Positions 20,373-31,224 of a DNA stretch of 34,197 nt are shown here, piece after piece. Each line of letters opens with the position of its first letter. Position 1 is the first letter of the stretch. The DNA comes from Macrostomum lignano. Its lineage: Eukaryota. A model generated the notes under the pieces. It saw nothing but the letters and a program-made list of their open reading frames with translations, had not been told where the DNA came from and made no database searches. The translations under genes and the position numbers were made by a program. Location of the stretch: NCBI GenBank assembly GCA_002269645.1, contig NIVC01003321.1, positions 1-34,197 on the forward strand, given 5' to 3'.

Positions 20373-21293
20373 AATTACGATCATATTGATCATTTAGAGT
20401 CACTGTCTATAGACCAAAGGGGGAGTTAGGTCCGGCATTACTGCTTAAAGTAGCAGTCAGGAAACATTTCTAACACGATATGTACAAGAAATCTGTGTCA
20501 AAATGCACGCAGTCCAGCAAGAGGCAGCCATCTTTCAGTATTTTTGCTAGTTCAAAGCCCGGAGCCCTGGCAACAGTGTCTGGGAAGCCGCAGCGGACTC
20601 TGCAGTGAATCGCCATTCAATATTCACTTTTGGAATTCGCTTCTCTGCTGGGATAAGGCTGGGGGAGTTCGAAAATGCGCTATGGCACTTAGAAAAACTT
20701 GCTTTTAGAGGAAGGGAAACTTTTTGCCAAGAAAGCAGCCGAGGAGTTGCCCCCCCCCGCAGCGCCGTACCGTCAGGGCCGTGCGATGCGGTCGCTCTGG
20801 CATTGGCAAAACTTGTTGTTGCAAGACATGTGTTCAACAGGTGACGGCTGGCCCCAACCCCCCCCCGCCCTCCACTCCATCGGGGCTCCGCGGCCACTCA
20901 TTCGGCACTTGCCGCGGCCCCGAGATGGCCCTTGAGACGTCGCGCTGAGACGCCTGCTTGCCGATTCTCGCTGCGCTGGTCTCCCTGCCGAGTGCAGGGC
21001 CTTACAGGCCTGCTCAGTGAGTCCCTCGTGACAACTGTTGCAATGCGAGCCTGTTGAGCTGGCTCAGACCAGGGAATCCCCGCTGCATGCCCTGTGAGCT
21101 GTTGGCACTGCAGGGGTTAGCTGTGAATGAATTCAATTCTCAGAGCAAATAATAGCGAAAATGGTTTTATTACCAATTTGGTTCCACCATGTCAATGAAA
21201 TTTCCAAATGTTACTTTTCCAAGAAATACTATCGTTCTGAGCAAATACGCGCACCAGAAGCATCGCCATGGAAGGCAAGGAGAGGCCGCGGCT

Positions 21294-21678
21294 CTGAGAT
21301 GCCAGTTATGGGTACTGGCGCCCCTGAGATGCCAGCTCTGGGTACTGGCGCCCCTGAGATGCCAGCTCTGGGTACTGGCGCCTCTGAGATGCCAGCTCTG
21401 GGTACTGGCGCCCCTGAGATGCCAGCTCTGGGTACTGGCGCCCCTGAGATGCCAGCTCTGGGTACTGGCGCTCCTGAGATGCCAGCTCTGGGTACTGGCG
21501 CCCCTGAGATGCCAGCTCTGGGTACTGGCGCTCCTGAGATGCCAGCTCTGGGTACTGGCGCCCCTGAGATGCCAGCTCTGGGTACTGGCGCTCCTGAGAT
21601 GCCAGCTCTGGGTACGGGCGCCCCTGAGATGCTAGCTCTGGGTACTGGCGCCCCAGAGATGCCAGCTCTGGGTACTGG
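21294..21678. repeat. 30-bp minisatellite x~13 (intronic)
   Basis: GAGATGCCAGCTCTGGGTACTGGCGCCCCT units. Confidence 0.97.
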
Positions 21679-21767
21679 TACTTTCTCCAGGAAAATATTT
21701 TAATCTGTTTTTTGTCCTCCAGCAGACATTGGCGAGCAGGCGCACTTCTGGTGCACTTCAGGCTCAC

Positions 21768-22149
21768 CTGTGTGCGTCCGCATGTGCCGGCCTAGCAGCG
21801 AGGGCCGGTCGAAGGCTTTGGCGCAGATGCGGCACGGCAGCATCTGCCGGCGCCGGCTCGACATCGGGGGCCCCGCCTGCGCTGGCACCTTGGCAGCCAG
21901 TTGGTCAGGCACGGCCGAATCGTTCGCGGCTTCGGAGTCGCGGTCCGGAGGGGCGGCAGCGTCAAGCAGGCAGAGCGGCTCGCCGGGTAGCAGCGGGCGA
22001 AGAACCTCGAAGACGATCGAGTCGCTTGCACCGCGCGGCGCCAGGTTCGCCTCAGCAGGGTGGCCGGACACGCGGCAAAGGCGCGGCCAGGCGCAGTGCC
22101 AGACCAGGTGGCCATCGCTGTCAGCTCGCTCCCAGCGCTGCTCCCAGCT
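21768..22149 (-). CDS. PR/SET-like C2H2 zinc-finger gene, exon with PR-domain C-half and first finger
   Basis: WPRLCRV...EANL...IVFEVLRPLLPGEPL (PR/SET-like); PCRICAKAFDRPSLLGRHMRTHTG; donor CAG|GTGAGC. Confidence 0.85.
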
Positions 22150-22151
22150 CT

Positions 22152-22158
22152 GATAGAC

Positions 22159-22227
<69 letters not shown>
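22152..22227. repeat. (GATA)n microsatellite filling a 94-nt intron
   Basis: About 19 GATA units within intron 22150-22243. Confidence 0.98.
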
Positions 22228-22228
<1 letters not shown>

Positions 22229-22243
22229 ACAAAGCTGACCCAC

Positions 22244-22515
22244 CGCTGCTTCATTAGCTTCCACAGGCGGTGGCGCCTGCCCTGAAGCCAGCGCGGTCGA
22301 GTAAGTGGAGCCCTGGCGAGGCAGGAAGCGAGCCCCAGCCTCAAGTCTGCGGCGGGCCAGCACCACAGGCGGAGCACCCGGCCGGCTGGCATTCAGGCAG
22401 AAGGCGTGTGGCAGTACCACGCGGAGCTCGCACCAGCTGCTTCGCATTTTCCAGGTCGCTTTTCGAAGCCCGGGGAGCCGCTGCCGGCTTTTGTAACGCA
22501 AAATGCTCCGCAGAG
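22244..22515 (-). CDS. PR/SET-like zinc-finger gene, exon with PR-domain N-half; 5' end unresolved
   Basis: VVLPHAFCLNASRPGAPPVVLARRRLEAGARFLPRQG resembles a PR-domain start. Phase-0 donor GCG|GTGGGT. Possible acceptor at 22516 or start at MRSSWC. Confidence 0.6.
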
Positions 22516-22783
22516 CTGTGGTGCCAGAGGAAAAAACCCTGGGAGACCTCCCAGCCGCTAGGGCTTAGGGAGGAGACGCTAGATAGATCACCCGGGTTCC
22601 ACTTGAATTCCCATTGGCTGTAATTGTGATCCCCTTGCAATTTTTTGCCACTTTTGTCGGCTCCTTTTCCCGATAAAACAGTGAAGTATATCTTCTTACC
22701 CCTGGGTAGAATTGGGATAATTCGTGGGCGGGTTGCAGCGTCTGCGGCTGGTTTAAACGTCGATGGGAAATTTTAGTTGAAAA

Positions 22784-22810
22784 AGCGCGGCAAGTTGAAT
22801 TTGCCGCGCT
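22784..22810. promoter_or_regulatory. Inverted pair of E2F-like sites (AGCGCGGCAA-N7-TTGCCGCGCT)
   Basis: Perfect 10-bp inverted repeat upstream of the zinc-finger gene; TTTGCCGC fits TTTSSCGC. Confidence 0.3.
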
Positions 22811-23451
22811 CCGATATCACAAGCGGGACAGCTGATTGTTTGCTTATGACTCCCCTGGGTCAAGAGGGCGATTAGTAGGAGCCAATTGGATTAGCTTACC
22901 TTAGGCGGTGGGCTACCAGGCCGAAAACTGCGCGGCAGACGCGGCATTCTTCTAGAAAACAACTGAGAGCAGTTCAGAACGGCTCGATGAAAGCAGCTGG
23001 GCCTTATGCGCAGCAGCTTGTCCCATCGCTTGGGAATAATCAACGACACTGCAGCGATACAGGTTCTATAGTATTTCAGGGTTCGAAAGAAATGCTTTTT
23101 ACTTGCATGCACGATTGAGTAAACGGCTGGAGTAATCATCGATGATAATGACCGACATGTGTATGTTCCGTAAGCTGCATGCTTACGCACGTGTTACTTA
23201 CTTACGAACATTTTTATCATGTATATAAATAAGCTATACTCGTATACAGTTAAGTGTACATGTACGAAACTCGAGGAGAGCATCAATTTAGGCCTGCATC
23301 AAGGACTGCTAATTAAGCATAAATTCTGCAGTCCTTGGCTAATATATATGTTACATGTTCATGCAAATATCTACTATACAAATTGTTATAATGTATTGTT
23401 ATATTATGCAGATATTATGAATAGTTCCATTTCAAGAAGTCTTACTTGACT

Positions 23452-25716
23452 CAGCTGCAGGGGGCACCGTGCGTCCGGAAACAGCGAGGAGGCGTTACCG
23501 CCCATTTCGCTAACCCCTGGCGACCACGGGCAGCTGGTGCTGCGGTGTCGCGCAGGGAGTTCCGGTGGCGCCGGTGTCCGCAGCGCAGTCCCCCTCCGGA
23601 GAGTCCAGGAGGTGGATTGTCGCTCGCCCGGTAGCCCTTAGGTAGCGGACGAGCTGGCAGAGATTCTCGGGCCTGAAAACGTCGGAGAGGTCCGGGTTTG
23701 GGCCGAGGTAGGTGAGCCTGTCCTGAGTATAGGCGGGGCATTCACAGATAAAGTGCACCGCATTCTCGACACCGGAGAGGCAAAATGGGCATTCCTCACT
23801 GCGGATTTTTCCCTTGAGGTGACGATGCAAAACAGCCATGACCCGAGAGGGCCGCGATGCAGTGGTGTAGGTTTAGCTGCAGGATGTCCACTCCGGGGAT
23901 TCCACGAGTGGTCCGGGCAGCTTCCTGCCAGCTCAAGGCGAGTTGTGCAGGAGAGCTGTCACTTCTGCCTCGCCGATAGCTCCAGGCTCCAGGTCCACGG
24001 GCTCCTCCCATGGTCGAGGGCGGGGCCGCCACCTGGGCGGCATTCTCGCTCTCGGCCCGGTTTTCCAGGGGGGGGGGCGCAGTGGTGACACTGGGCTGGG
24101 GGTTGCTGCGGTTGTTGGCCTTGGTGGTGTCCAGCAGCTGCTTCGTGCGCTGAGTCAGACCAGAGCGGATAGTGTTCCGGGCGGGTTTCCGGCCGTTTCC
24201 ACGTCCGCCTGTTGCTGCAGCTTTCGCGGCTTTCCCTCTGACAGGTTCCACGTCCTCGGAGGGGTCGTGACGAACGGGAGCTTTTTTCCTGCGCGTTTCC
24301 GCCCGGCAGAGCCCCCGCTTGCCCGCTTACGCTTCTCCGGGGGCGGTGGATGGGTGGCGTCAGACTCAAAGCTAGAGCTGAATCTGCATCAGCCCGACAG
24401 AGATGAGGAACATGTCCGGATAGCGGAGCATCCGGAGCATTAGGCAGAAACCGTCTCCGCCCGGCTTGGAGATGGTCTCGTGAACTACGACGCCATTGGC
24501 CGGCAGCTCCGGGTTGGTAGCCAGTAGCAGGCGACGCAGCTCGTCGGTCTTGGTGATGGAGCTGCGAGCCGAAATCCAGGCACGGTGCCGGTGTGTCCGG
24601 GGTCGCTCGTCCTCCCTGTAGATAAACAGGTTTTCCAGCTCCGTACCCCAGTCGAAGGCTTTAAGCATCTCGAGGACCTGCTGCCCAGATCGACTGGCTG
24701 TCGGCGGGCTGGATATGGAGGGCTTGGTCCTCGACTTTCGTCTTTTGGGCTTGAATAGCGGTACCGCTCAAGGCCATCTTGACCAGGTGGGAGTCCAACC
24801 TGCGCCAGATAAGGTCGAGCTGTTCGGCCGTAAGAGCTGGCGTTTCCTGGCCTTGGATAATCAGGGCCGGCTGCCTCTTGGCCATAGCCGCATAGATGCG
24901 CTTCGGCTTGGTGGTTTGGCCAGCACCCTCCGCTTTGGATCGCTCCACGGCCGTAGGAGCTTCCACACGGGCAGAGGTCACATCACGGGAGCTAGGGGCC
25001 ACCGCACCCTCCTCGGAGGCGGCCAGAGCTGGGGCAGCTTTCGTACTCCTCAGTTCTTCCGCTTTGCGCTGGAGAAAGGCTTTGTAGCGAGCAATGCTAC
25101 GGGCCTTCTTTTTAAAAGTCTAAGGTCCGCTGTCCTGTTGTCCAGCCACTCCGGTATTGTCCTGAGTGGCGGCAGGGGCTGCCTGAGAGGCATCGGGGGT
25201 TCCGGTGTTGCGATTGTCCGGCTGGGCCGCGGTACCAACCTCGGTTGGTGCTCCAGCAGCCTCGGACGTGTCGGAAGTAAGTGAATACTCATGAGTCGCT
25301 GAAAGGCGAATGGGGACTAGAGGTGAGAAGCCGCTGGGCCGTAACCCAAAAGCCAACAGCCAGGCCAAGAGATAGCGACCGCGGGGGTGGCTTAAGCCCT
25401 TACTGGCCCGACCGCTAGCAACCGAGAAACTCCCCGGCTAAGAGCCCGGCTTGGAGAAACCAGAGGCCGAACCAAAGGACCATCAGCGCGGTGCTACACT
25501 GGGCCCTTGAGGGGGACAAGAGGCTGTCCGCGGAGCCTGCGGACTACCCTGTTAAGGTCAGAAGGTGATACCCATTCCTCAGAGCCGTGGCCAGAGGTAC
25601 CTGATACGCACAGGTTCACTTCCGGGCGGGGCCCGTACCCATGCAAATCGGCCAGCTGGCCACGGAAGGGTTGCCGTCGCGGGAGCCCAGTCAGTCCAGC
25701 AGCCCTAGAGCGAATG
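23452..25716 (-). mobile_element. LOA/R1-group LINE derivative: 5'UTR + ORF1 + ORF2 with nearly complete internal deletion
   Basis: Starts near an Inr-like TCATTCG (25717-25711). Frameshifted ORF1 with RAWIS...LRRLLLATNPEL (LOA ORF1-like). APE start [12 protein letters not shown] joins directly to LSGHG...CPFC...[13 protein letters not shown] (ORF2 C-terminal Zn motif). The 3' boundary is approximate. Confidence 0.8.
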
Positions 25717-25852
25717 ATTAATAATGTGTACAAGACTTTAAAGTGGTTTTTCAGACTAGCGTAAGATAAAAAACTTGCAAATTTATGTGGAACATGGCTT
25801 CGGAAAGCAGACGAGCTACGAAAAAAACTCGTTTTCGCTACCTCCGCATTGA

Positions 25853-25858
25853 TTTGAA
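25853..25858 (+). promoter_or_regulatory. CHR-like element (TTTGAA) in candidate DEPDC1 promoter
   Basis: TTTGAA preceded by GC-containing TTTTCGC/CTCCGC, upstream of a G2/M-type gene. Short motif, weak evidence. Confidence 0.2.
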
Positions 25859-27602
25859 TTCGCAATTTAACCCGGTTAATTAAAAACGCACGTGGGTCAG
25901 GCTCCATTAGTCTTTATGTCGATATAGTGATCGTCCTGTTGTCACAAATAGATTTTTAGGTCAGCCGCTTTCAAACGTGCACTTGTACTTTACTTACTGA
26001 CTAGGACTAGTAAATACACAAAAATGGCTGGTTGGACTTAACTAGTTTAGACTTAGATGAAGTGTAATTAATTGTAATTGATGTTTAGGTAGACTTACCA
26101 CAGCTTAATGTTAAGCTAAGCTTGCATTTAATATCTTTTATAGAAAAAATTATTAGCTTAAATAGGCCTACATTGTTACAACTTACATAAGTCTTGCATT
26201 TAGGAACTGTGCTATTTAGTGTTACTGACAGAAAAGAACTTAAGTGTAGTCATTGGTGCCAAATTAAATTGAATACCTTTTAGCATTTTTAGTAGCCTAG
26301 CCTAGGCTAGACAGAGTATATATATTCAGTTTTTTGCTCAGTATAGGCCTATCCCAAGACCCAAGTCTTTTTTTACTTAGTCTTTTTATTGCTCAGTACA
26401 ATATAGCGTAGCGTAGGCCTAAAAAGAATTTAGCATTTATCATTATTATAGGCCCTAGCATTTCTATAGGCATTGGGATTAGTCTGGGCATTTAATTGAG
26501 TATAAATAATATAGGCCTAATTCATAATGGATATGCATGGACCATATAAGGCTACCAAATTGGTAAGTTTTTATGACATTGATTACAATAAATATATTCT
26601 TGGCTATCCTGTAGTTTCGCATGTTAAATTATTACCCCCACCCCCCACCACCCTTGAATAGAGGGCGAAATAATTCCGTAAAATAATTTAACGTGCAAAA
26701 CTACAGGATAGCCATATTCTTATATTGCATATAAAATAAAATATGCTTATTATGCCATGAGATAAAAATGTAACAATTTAAATAAATGAGACAAATGGCA
26801 ATGGTTCTTGATTATTAATATTATTAAGAATAAGATAATAATGGGTCAAAGGTCTGCAACCATTTGATTGTAGGTGCTTTATATTAGGGGCCTAATAGCT
26901 TTTTGATAGGCCTAGAATATTCTAGAAGGCAGAATGTTCTAGAAAGAATAATGCAGGAATTTGAGTTACTATAGCTATTTAGTATTTTTAGATCGATTGT
27001 AGAAATTTCTAAAATGAAATGTTTATTGCATGGTCAGAAAGTTTATAAAGGTTTAGTATAAGGTCATTATAATAGAAACAGATCATTCTTTATAGTTTAT
27101 TATCTAGACATTAGGTATATATAGGTCATAAACATTATTTATGAAGGAACCAAAATTGTATATATATTACAGTCTCACATTATATATTTATTCTTTATTC
27201 ACTTTAGTAACCCTTTGAAACTTTCTCTTTCTGTCTCTTTCTTTCTTTTTCTAACTTCCTTTCTTTCTTTCATTCTTGTTCTTTTCCTAATATAGATTAA
27301 TCTACCTTAACTAAAATGAGTTGTTCCATTTTTAGTATATTGGATTGATACTAGGCCTATGCTTAGGAATAAATTTATGCAATCTAGCTCATATTGCTTT
27401 TGTTAAAAATTGAATAAAATCATTTTTTGCAATTTTGTTATAAAGTTAGAGCATAATAATATAGAATAAGCTAACATAAACAATGTAAAATAAAGCTTCC
27501 AAAATGCATTATACAATCATTATCAATCAATAAAAACATTTAAAGTAAGACAACACTAAACTCTGTCTTTAAAGGTCTAGCTTTTAGTGTTTTTGTCCTT
27601 GC

Positions 27603-28112
27603 ATTCCATTCCCTAATCCCCACAGTGGAATGACATCATCTGCACATTCCACTCCATAATTCCCACAGTGAAATGATATTAGCTGTATATTCCACTCTCT
27701 AATCCTCAAAGTAGAATGACATCATCTGCACATTCCACTCCCTAATCCCACAGTAGAATGACATCAGCTACACATTCCAATCCCTAATCCCACAGTGGAA
27801 TGACATCAACTGCACATTCCACTCCCTATTCCCACAGTAGAATGACATCATTTGCACATTCCACTCCCTAATGCCACAGTGGACTGACATCATCTGCACA
27901 TTCCAATCCCTAATCCCACAGTGGAATGACATCAACTGCACAATCCACTCCCTAATGCCACAGTTGAATGACGTAATTTACACATTCCACTCCCTAATCC
28001 CACAGTGGAATGACATCATCTGCACATTCCACTCCCTAATCCCACAGTGGAATGACATCAACTGCACATTCCACTCCCTAATCCCACAGTGGAATGACAT
28101 CATCCGCACATT
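27603..28112. repeat. 42-bp minisatellite x~12 built from the intron/exon junction of DEPDC1
   Basis: CCCTAATCCCACAG|TGGAATGACATCATCTGCACATTCCACT units; the last copy runs into the DEP domain. Confidence 0.97.
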
Positions 28113-28435
28113 CCGCACCTCGATGCCAGTCGGGCGGCACCGCAAAGGAGTCCGCGTGTTCGACAACTGCTTCCAGGGTTCAGACGCGGTGGACTGGCTG
28201 CAGCTGCACCTCAGCAAAAATCCCAGCTTCGGCAGCAACGTCGGCCGCCATCAGGTGGTGCAGCTGCTCGGCAAGTTTCACAAGAGCGGCGTCTTTCACG
28301 ATGTTCGCGGCGGCGGCGGCAACAGCAAGTATGACACCGAGCCCTTCGAGGACAGCTCCAGCCGGCTGTACAAGTTTAGCCTCGTGGAAACCACCCTGTC
28401 TCCGCTGAGCGCGCGGCAGCCCATCACAGCTATGG
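28090..28435 (+). CDS. DEPDC1: DEPDC1-like protein, DEP-domain exon (short first exon not located)
   Basis: WNDIIRTFRTSMPVGRHR...NCFQGSDAVDWL...NPSFG..V.R.QVVQLLGKF matches the DEPDC1A/B DEP domain. Confidence 0.9.
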
Positions 28436-28962
28436 GTCTGTTGGTGGATGGGTGCTGTCTGCTGTACAGCAGTGGGTCTGTTGCTGGATGGGTGCTGTCT
28501 GCTGTACAGCAGTGGGTATGTTGCTGGATGGGTGCTGTCTGCTGTACAGCCGTGGGTATGTTGCTGGATGGGTGCTGTCTGCTGTACAGCCGTGGGTTTG
28601 TTGGTGGATGGGTGCTGTCTGTTGTACAGCCGTGGGTTTGTTGGTGGATGGGTGCTGTCTGTTGTACAGCAGTGGGTCTGTTGCTGGATGGGTGCTGTCT
28701 GCTGTACAGCAGTGGGTATGTTGCTGGATGGGTGCTGTCTGCTGTACAGCCGTGGGTATGTTGCTGGATGGGTGCTGTCTGCTGTACAGCTGTGGGTCTG
28801 TTGGTGGATGGGTGCTGTCTGCTGTTCAGCTGTGGGTCTGTTGCTGGATGGGTGCTGTCTGTTGTACAGCTGTGGGTCTGTTGGTGGATGGGTGCTGTCT
28901 GCTGTTCAGCTGTGGGTCTGTTGCTGGATGGGTGCTGTCTGCTGTACAGCTGTGGGTCTGTT
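28427..28962. repeat. 40-bp minisatellite x13 starting at the DEPDC1 5' splice site
   Basis: CAGCTATGG|GTCTGTT at 28427 recurs to 28947 (13 x 40 nt). Confidence 0.97.
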
Positions 28963-29005
28963 ACGTAAACGATTTCCTGGAATACAAGCCCCCTCCATGA
29001 CCCAG

Positions 29006-29494
29006 ACCGGTCTGTCGGCCGCCGCAGCCTCCGTGCCGGGCCTTCCTGGTCCGTCAGGAAGGCGACCAGCCTCTCGGCTTCATCATCAGCTTCGGGCGGA
29101 GCCGCCTGCGCCACCCCTGTGAGGCGGCCACCAGAGCCGCGTGAACCGCAGCAGCAGCTGCCACAGGCGCAGCCGGGCTCGGGGGGCGCAGCCGGCCAGG
29201 AGGAGGAGGACCTGGCCTACATCTGGCTGGACTCGGCCCTCACCCGCATGCGCGAGCTGCTGGAGCTTCGCTCAATTGACGCCTTGACCGACGCTCGGCA
29301 GCTGCGGGCCGACTTTGTCCGGGACAACCTGACTTCGGCTGGACAGGCCGGGGACCCGGCCGATTCGCTGCCGGCCTGGGTGAGCAACGCCGTCCGGTGC
29401 CTGGCCCGCTGGCCGGACACTGGCATGCCCAGCCTGCCGAGCTACGAGGGCTTCGAGCTGGAGATATTCGCCGAACTGTACGAGTTCTTCGAGG
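29006..29494 (+). CDS. DEPDC1: DEPDC1-like exon (RhoGAP-like domain start)
   Basis: Acceptor ccatgacccag| at 29005, phase 1, matches the donor at 28436. LPAWVSNAVRCLARWP...YEGFELEIF; donor G|GTGAGG. Confidence 0.85.
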
Positions 29495-29634
29495 GTGAGG
29501 GGGGGAGCCGCTGTGCTGGGCCGGTGCTCACTTAGTAGTCAGTTGCCTAGTAGTAGGTTATAGTAATCACCCAGTGCGCTCTGAGTGATAAGCTCAGCCG
29601 GCTCACCCAATCTGCGAATCCTCCGGCTTCACAG

Positions 29635-30287
29635 GCCGCGACGCGGAGCCGCTGGTGCCGCCGGACCTGCGCGACCTGTTCATCAACGTGCTGGCTCTGG
29701 CTGACAACCTGGCCAGCGAGCGGGCTGCGCACGACGCCGCCGCGCGTCGGAGACATCGGCGGCGCTTTCGCCGACACCCGATCGGCGCCCCGGCCATGAC
29801 CAGCAGCTGCGCCGAGATCATGCGCCAGCTGACCGCGCCAGGCGCCTCCGCCACAGACGATGCCGACTGCAGCGACGCGAATTGGTCGCTGATGAATCAG
29901 CCGCGCTGCCGGCTGGCCAGAGTCTGCCACAGCGACTGCGAGTTCGACGCTGAGGACGACGGGGAGGACGCCGACGACTTCGCCGCCTGCCGCCGCCGCC
30001 GCCACTGGCCCAGACGCTCTCCGCTCCGTCGAAGCGCCACCTCCGAGGCTGACGGTCTCGGCCGCGAACAGGAGTTGCTGCAGTCCGTCCAAGACCCCGG
30101 CAATGCGGCCGATGGCGGTGTTCACCCGCTGGACGGCGACAGCCTGCTGGCCTCGGGCCTGCAGCTGGCTGCGCTGTTTTTGCCCCCCGGCCGGCGGCGC
30201 CGCCTTCACCAACTGCTGCGGGCCATGCACAAACTGGGAGCCAACCCGCGCCTGCGGCTCGACCCCGTGCTGCCTACGGCTCACGTG
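29635..30287 (+). CDS. DEPDC1: DEPDC1-like exon
   Basis: ttcacag| acceptor; EPLVPPDLRDLFINVL; LFLPPGRRRRLHQLLRAM. The donor position may differ by one codon. Confidence 0.85.
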
Positions 30288-30323
30288 GTTCGTTTAAGTC
30301 CTAGTGGGTTGGAGGAGCAGGCA

Positions 30324-30722
30324 GAATCCCACCCTGCCATCTCCCCCGAATCCCACCCTGCCATCTCCCCGAATCCCACCCTGCCATCTCCCCCGAATCC
30401 CACCCTGCCATCTCCCCCAAATCCCATCCTGCAATGTCCCCTAAATCCCACCTTGCAATGTCCCCCGAATCCCACCCTGCCATCTCCCCGAATCCCACCC
30501 TGCCATCTCCCCCGAATCCCACCCTGCCATCTCCCCCAAATCCCATCCTGCAATGTCCCCTAAATCCCACCTTGCAATGTCCCCCGAATCCCACCCTGCC
30601 ATCTCCCCCAAATCCCATCCTGCCATCCCCCGAATCCCATCCTGCCATCTCCCCCAAATCCCATCCTGCCATCTACCCCAAATCCCATTTTGCAACGTCC
30701 TCCGAACCCCACCTTGCAATGT
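30324..30722. repeat. ~23-24-bp degenerate minisatellite (intronic)
   Basis: GAATCCCACCCTGCCATCTCCCCC-type units. Confidence 0.93.
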
Positions 30723-30746
30723 CCCCTAATTCCTACTATCCTCCAG

Positions 30747-30950
30747 GTGCTGCACTCTCTGGCGTCCTGCGTCCTACGTAGGAAGCCGGAAGTTCGAGAG
30801 CCGAGGCATCCGCAATCCGAGCAGCCGGACGTGTTCGCTCTTCAGCTGGTGTCGTTTATGACTGATCACTACTCCATGATCTTCCGGCCGCCTGCGGATT
30901 TGCGCGAATGCATCGAGGCCAGGCTGGCTGCCGTGCGAGAGCTGCAGCTG
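30747..30950 (+). CDS. DEPDC1: DEPDC1-like exon
   Basis: ctccag|VLHSLASCVL...LVSFMTDHYSMIFRPP; donor CTG|GTAAGC. Confidence 0.87.
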
Positions 30951-30975
30951 GTAAGCGCGTTTTAATGTATATGAG

Positions 30976-31210
30976 TATGACCACTGCTGTTAGCTATGAC
31001 CACTGCTGCAAGCTATGACCACTGCTGCAAGCTATGACCACTGCTGCTAGCTATGACCACTGCTGCTAGCTATGACCACTGCTGCTAGCTATGACCACTG
31101 CTGCTAGCTATGACCACTGCTGCTAGCTATGACCACTGCTGCTAGCTATGACCACTGCTGCTAGCTATGACCACTGCTGCTAGCTATGACCACTGCTGCT
31201 AGCTATGACC
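30976..31210. repeat. 19-bp minisatellite x~12 (intronic)
   Basis: AGCTATGACCACTGCTGCT units. Confidence 0.97.
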
Positions 31211-31224
31211 TAATAACTTTTCAG

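Noticed and set aside
20881-20922. GC-rich hairpin in the intron (also 13542-13565)
   Set aside because: Isolated, with no TIR/TSD or Helitron terminus to support an element or an RNA gene.
21161-21703. ORFs made of repeats (MPALGTGAPE; also 33405-34090, 28448-29000, 30281-30781, 14127-14869 N-parts)
   Set aside because: Open only because the minisatellite units lack stops; they lie in introns or antisense to real exons.
22900-22947. MPRLPRSFRPGSPPPK|GTAAGC as a SNAG-like first exon of the zinc-finger gene
   Set aside because: Strong donor, but no phase-0 acceptor joins it to the PR-domain frame, and the SNAG match is partial.
25300-25320. GGCGAATGGGGAC resembling the 3' end of the HDV genomic ribozyme
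   Set aside because: No matching P2/P3/P1 elements upstream on that strand, and it is antisense to the LINE.
25795-25835. MASESRRATKK as the missing DEPDC1 first exon
   Set aside because: RATK resembles the DEPDC1 RATKL motif, but it needs an indel and a poor donor (GTTTTC); unsupported.
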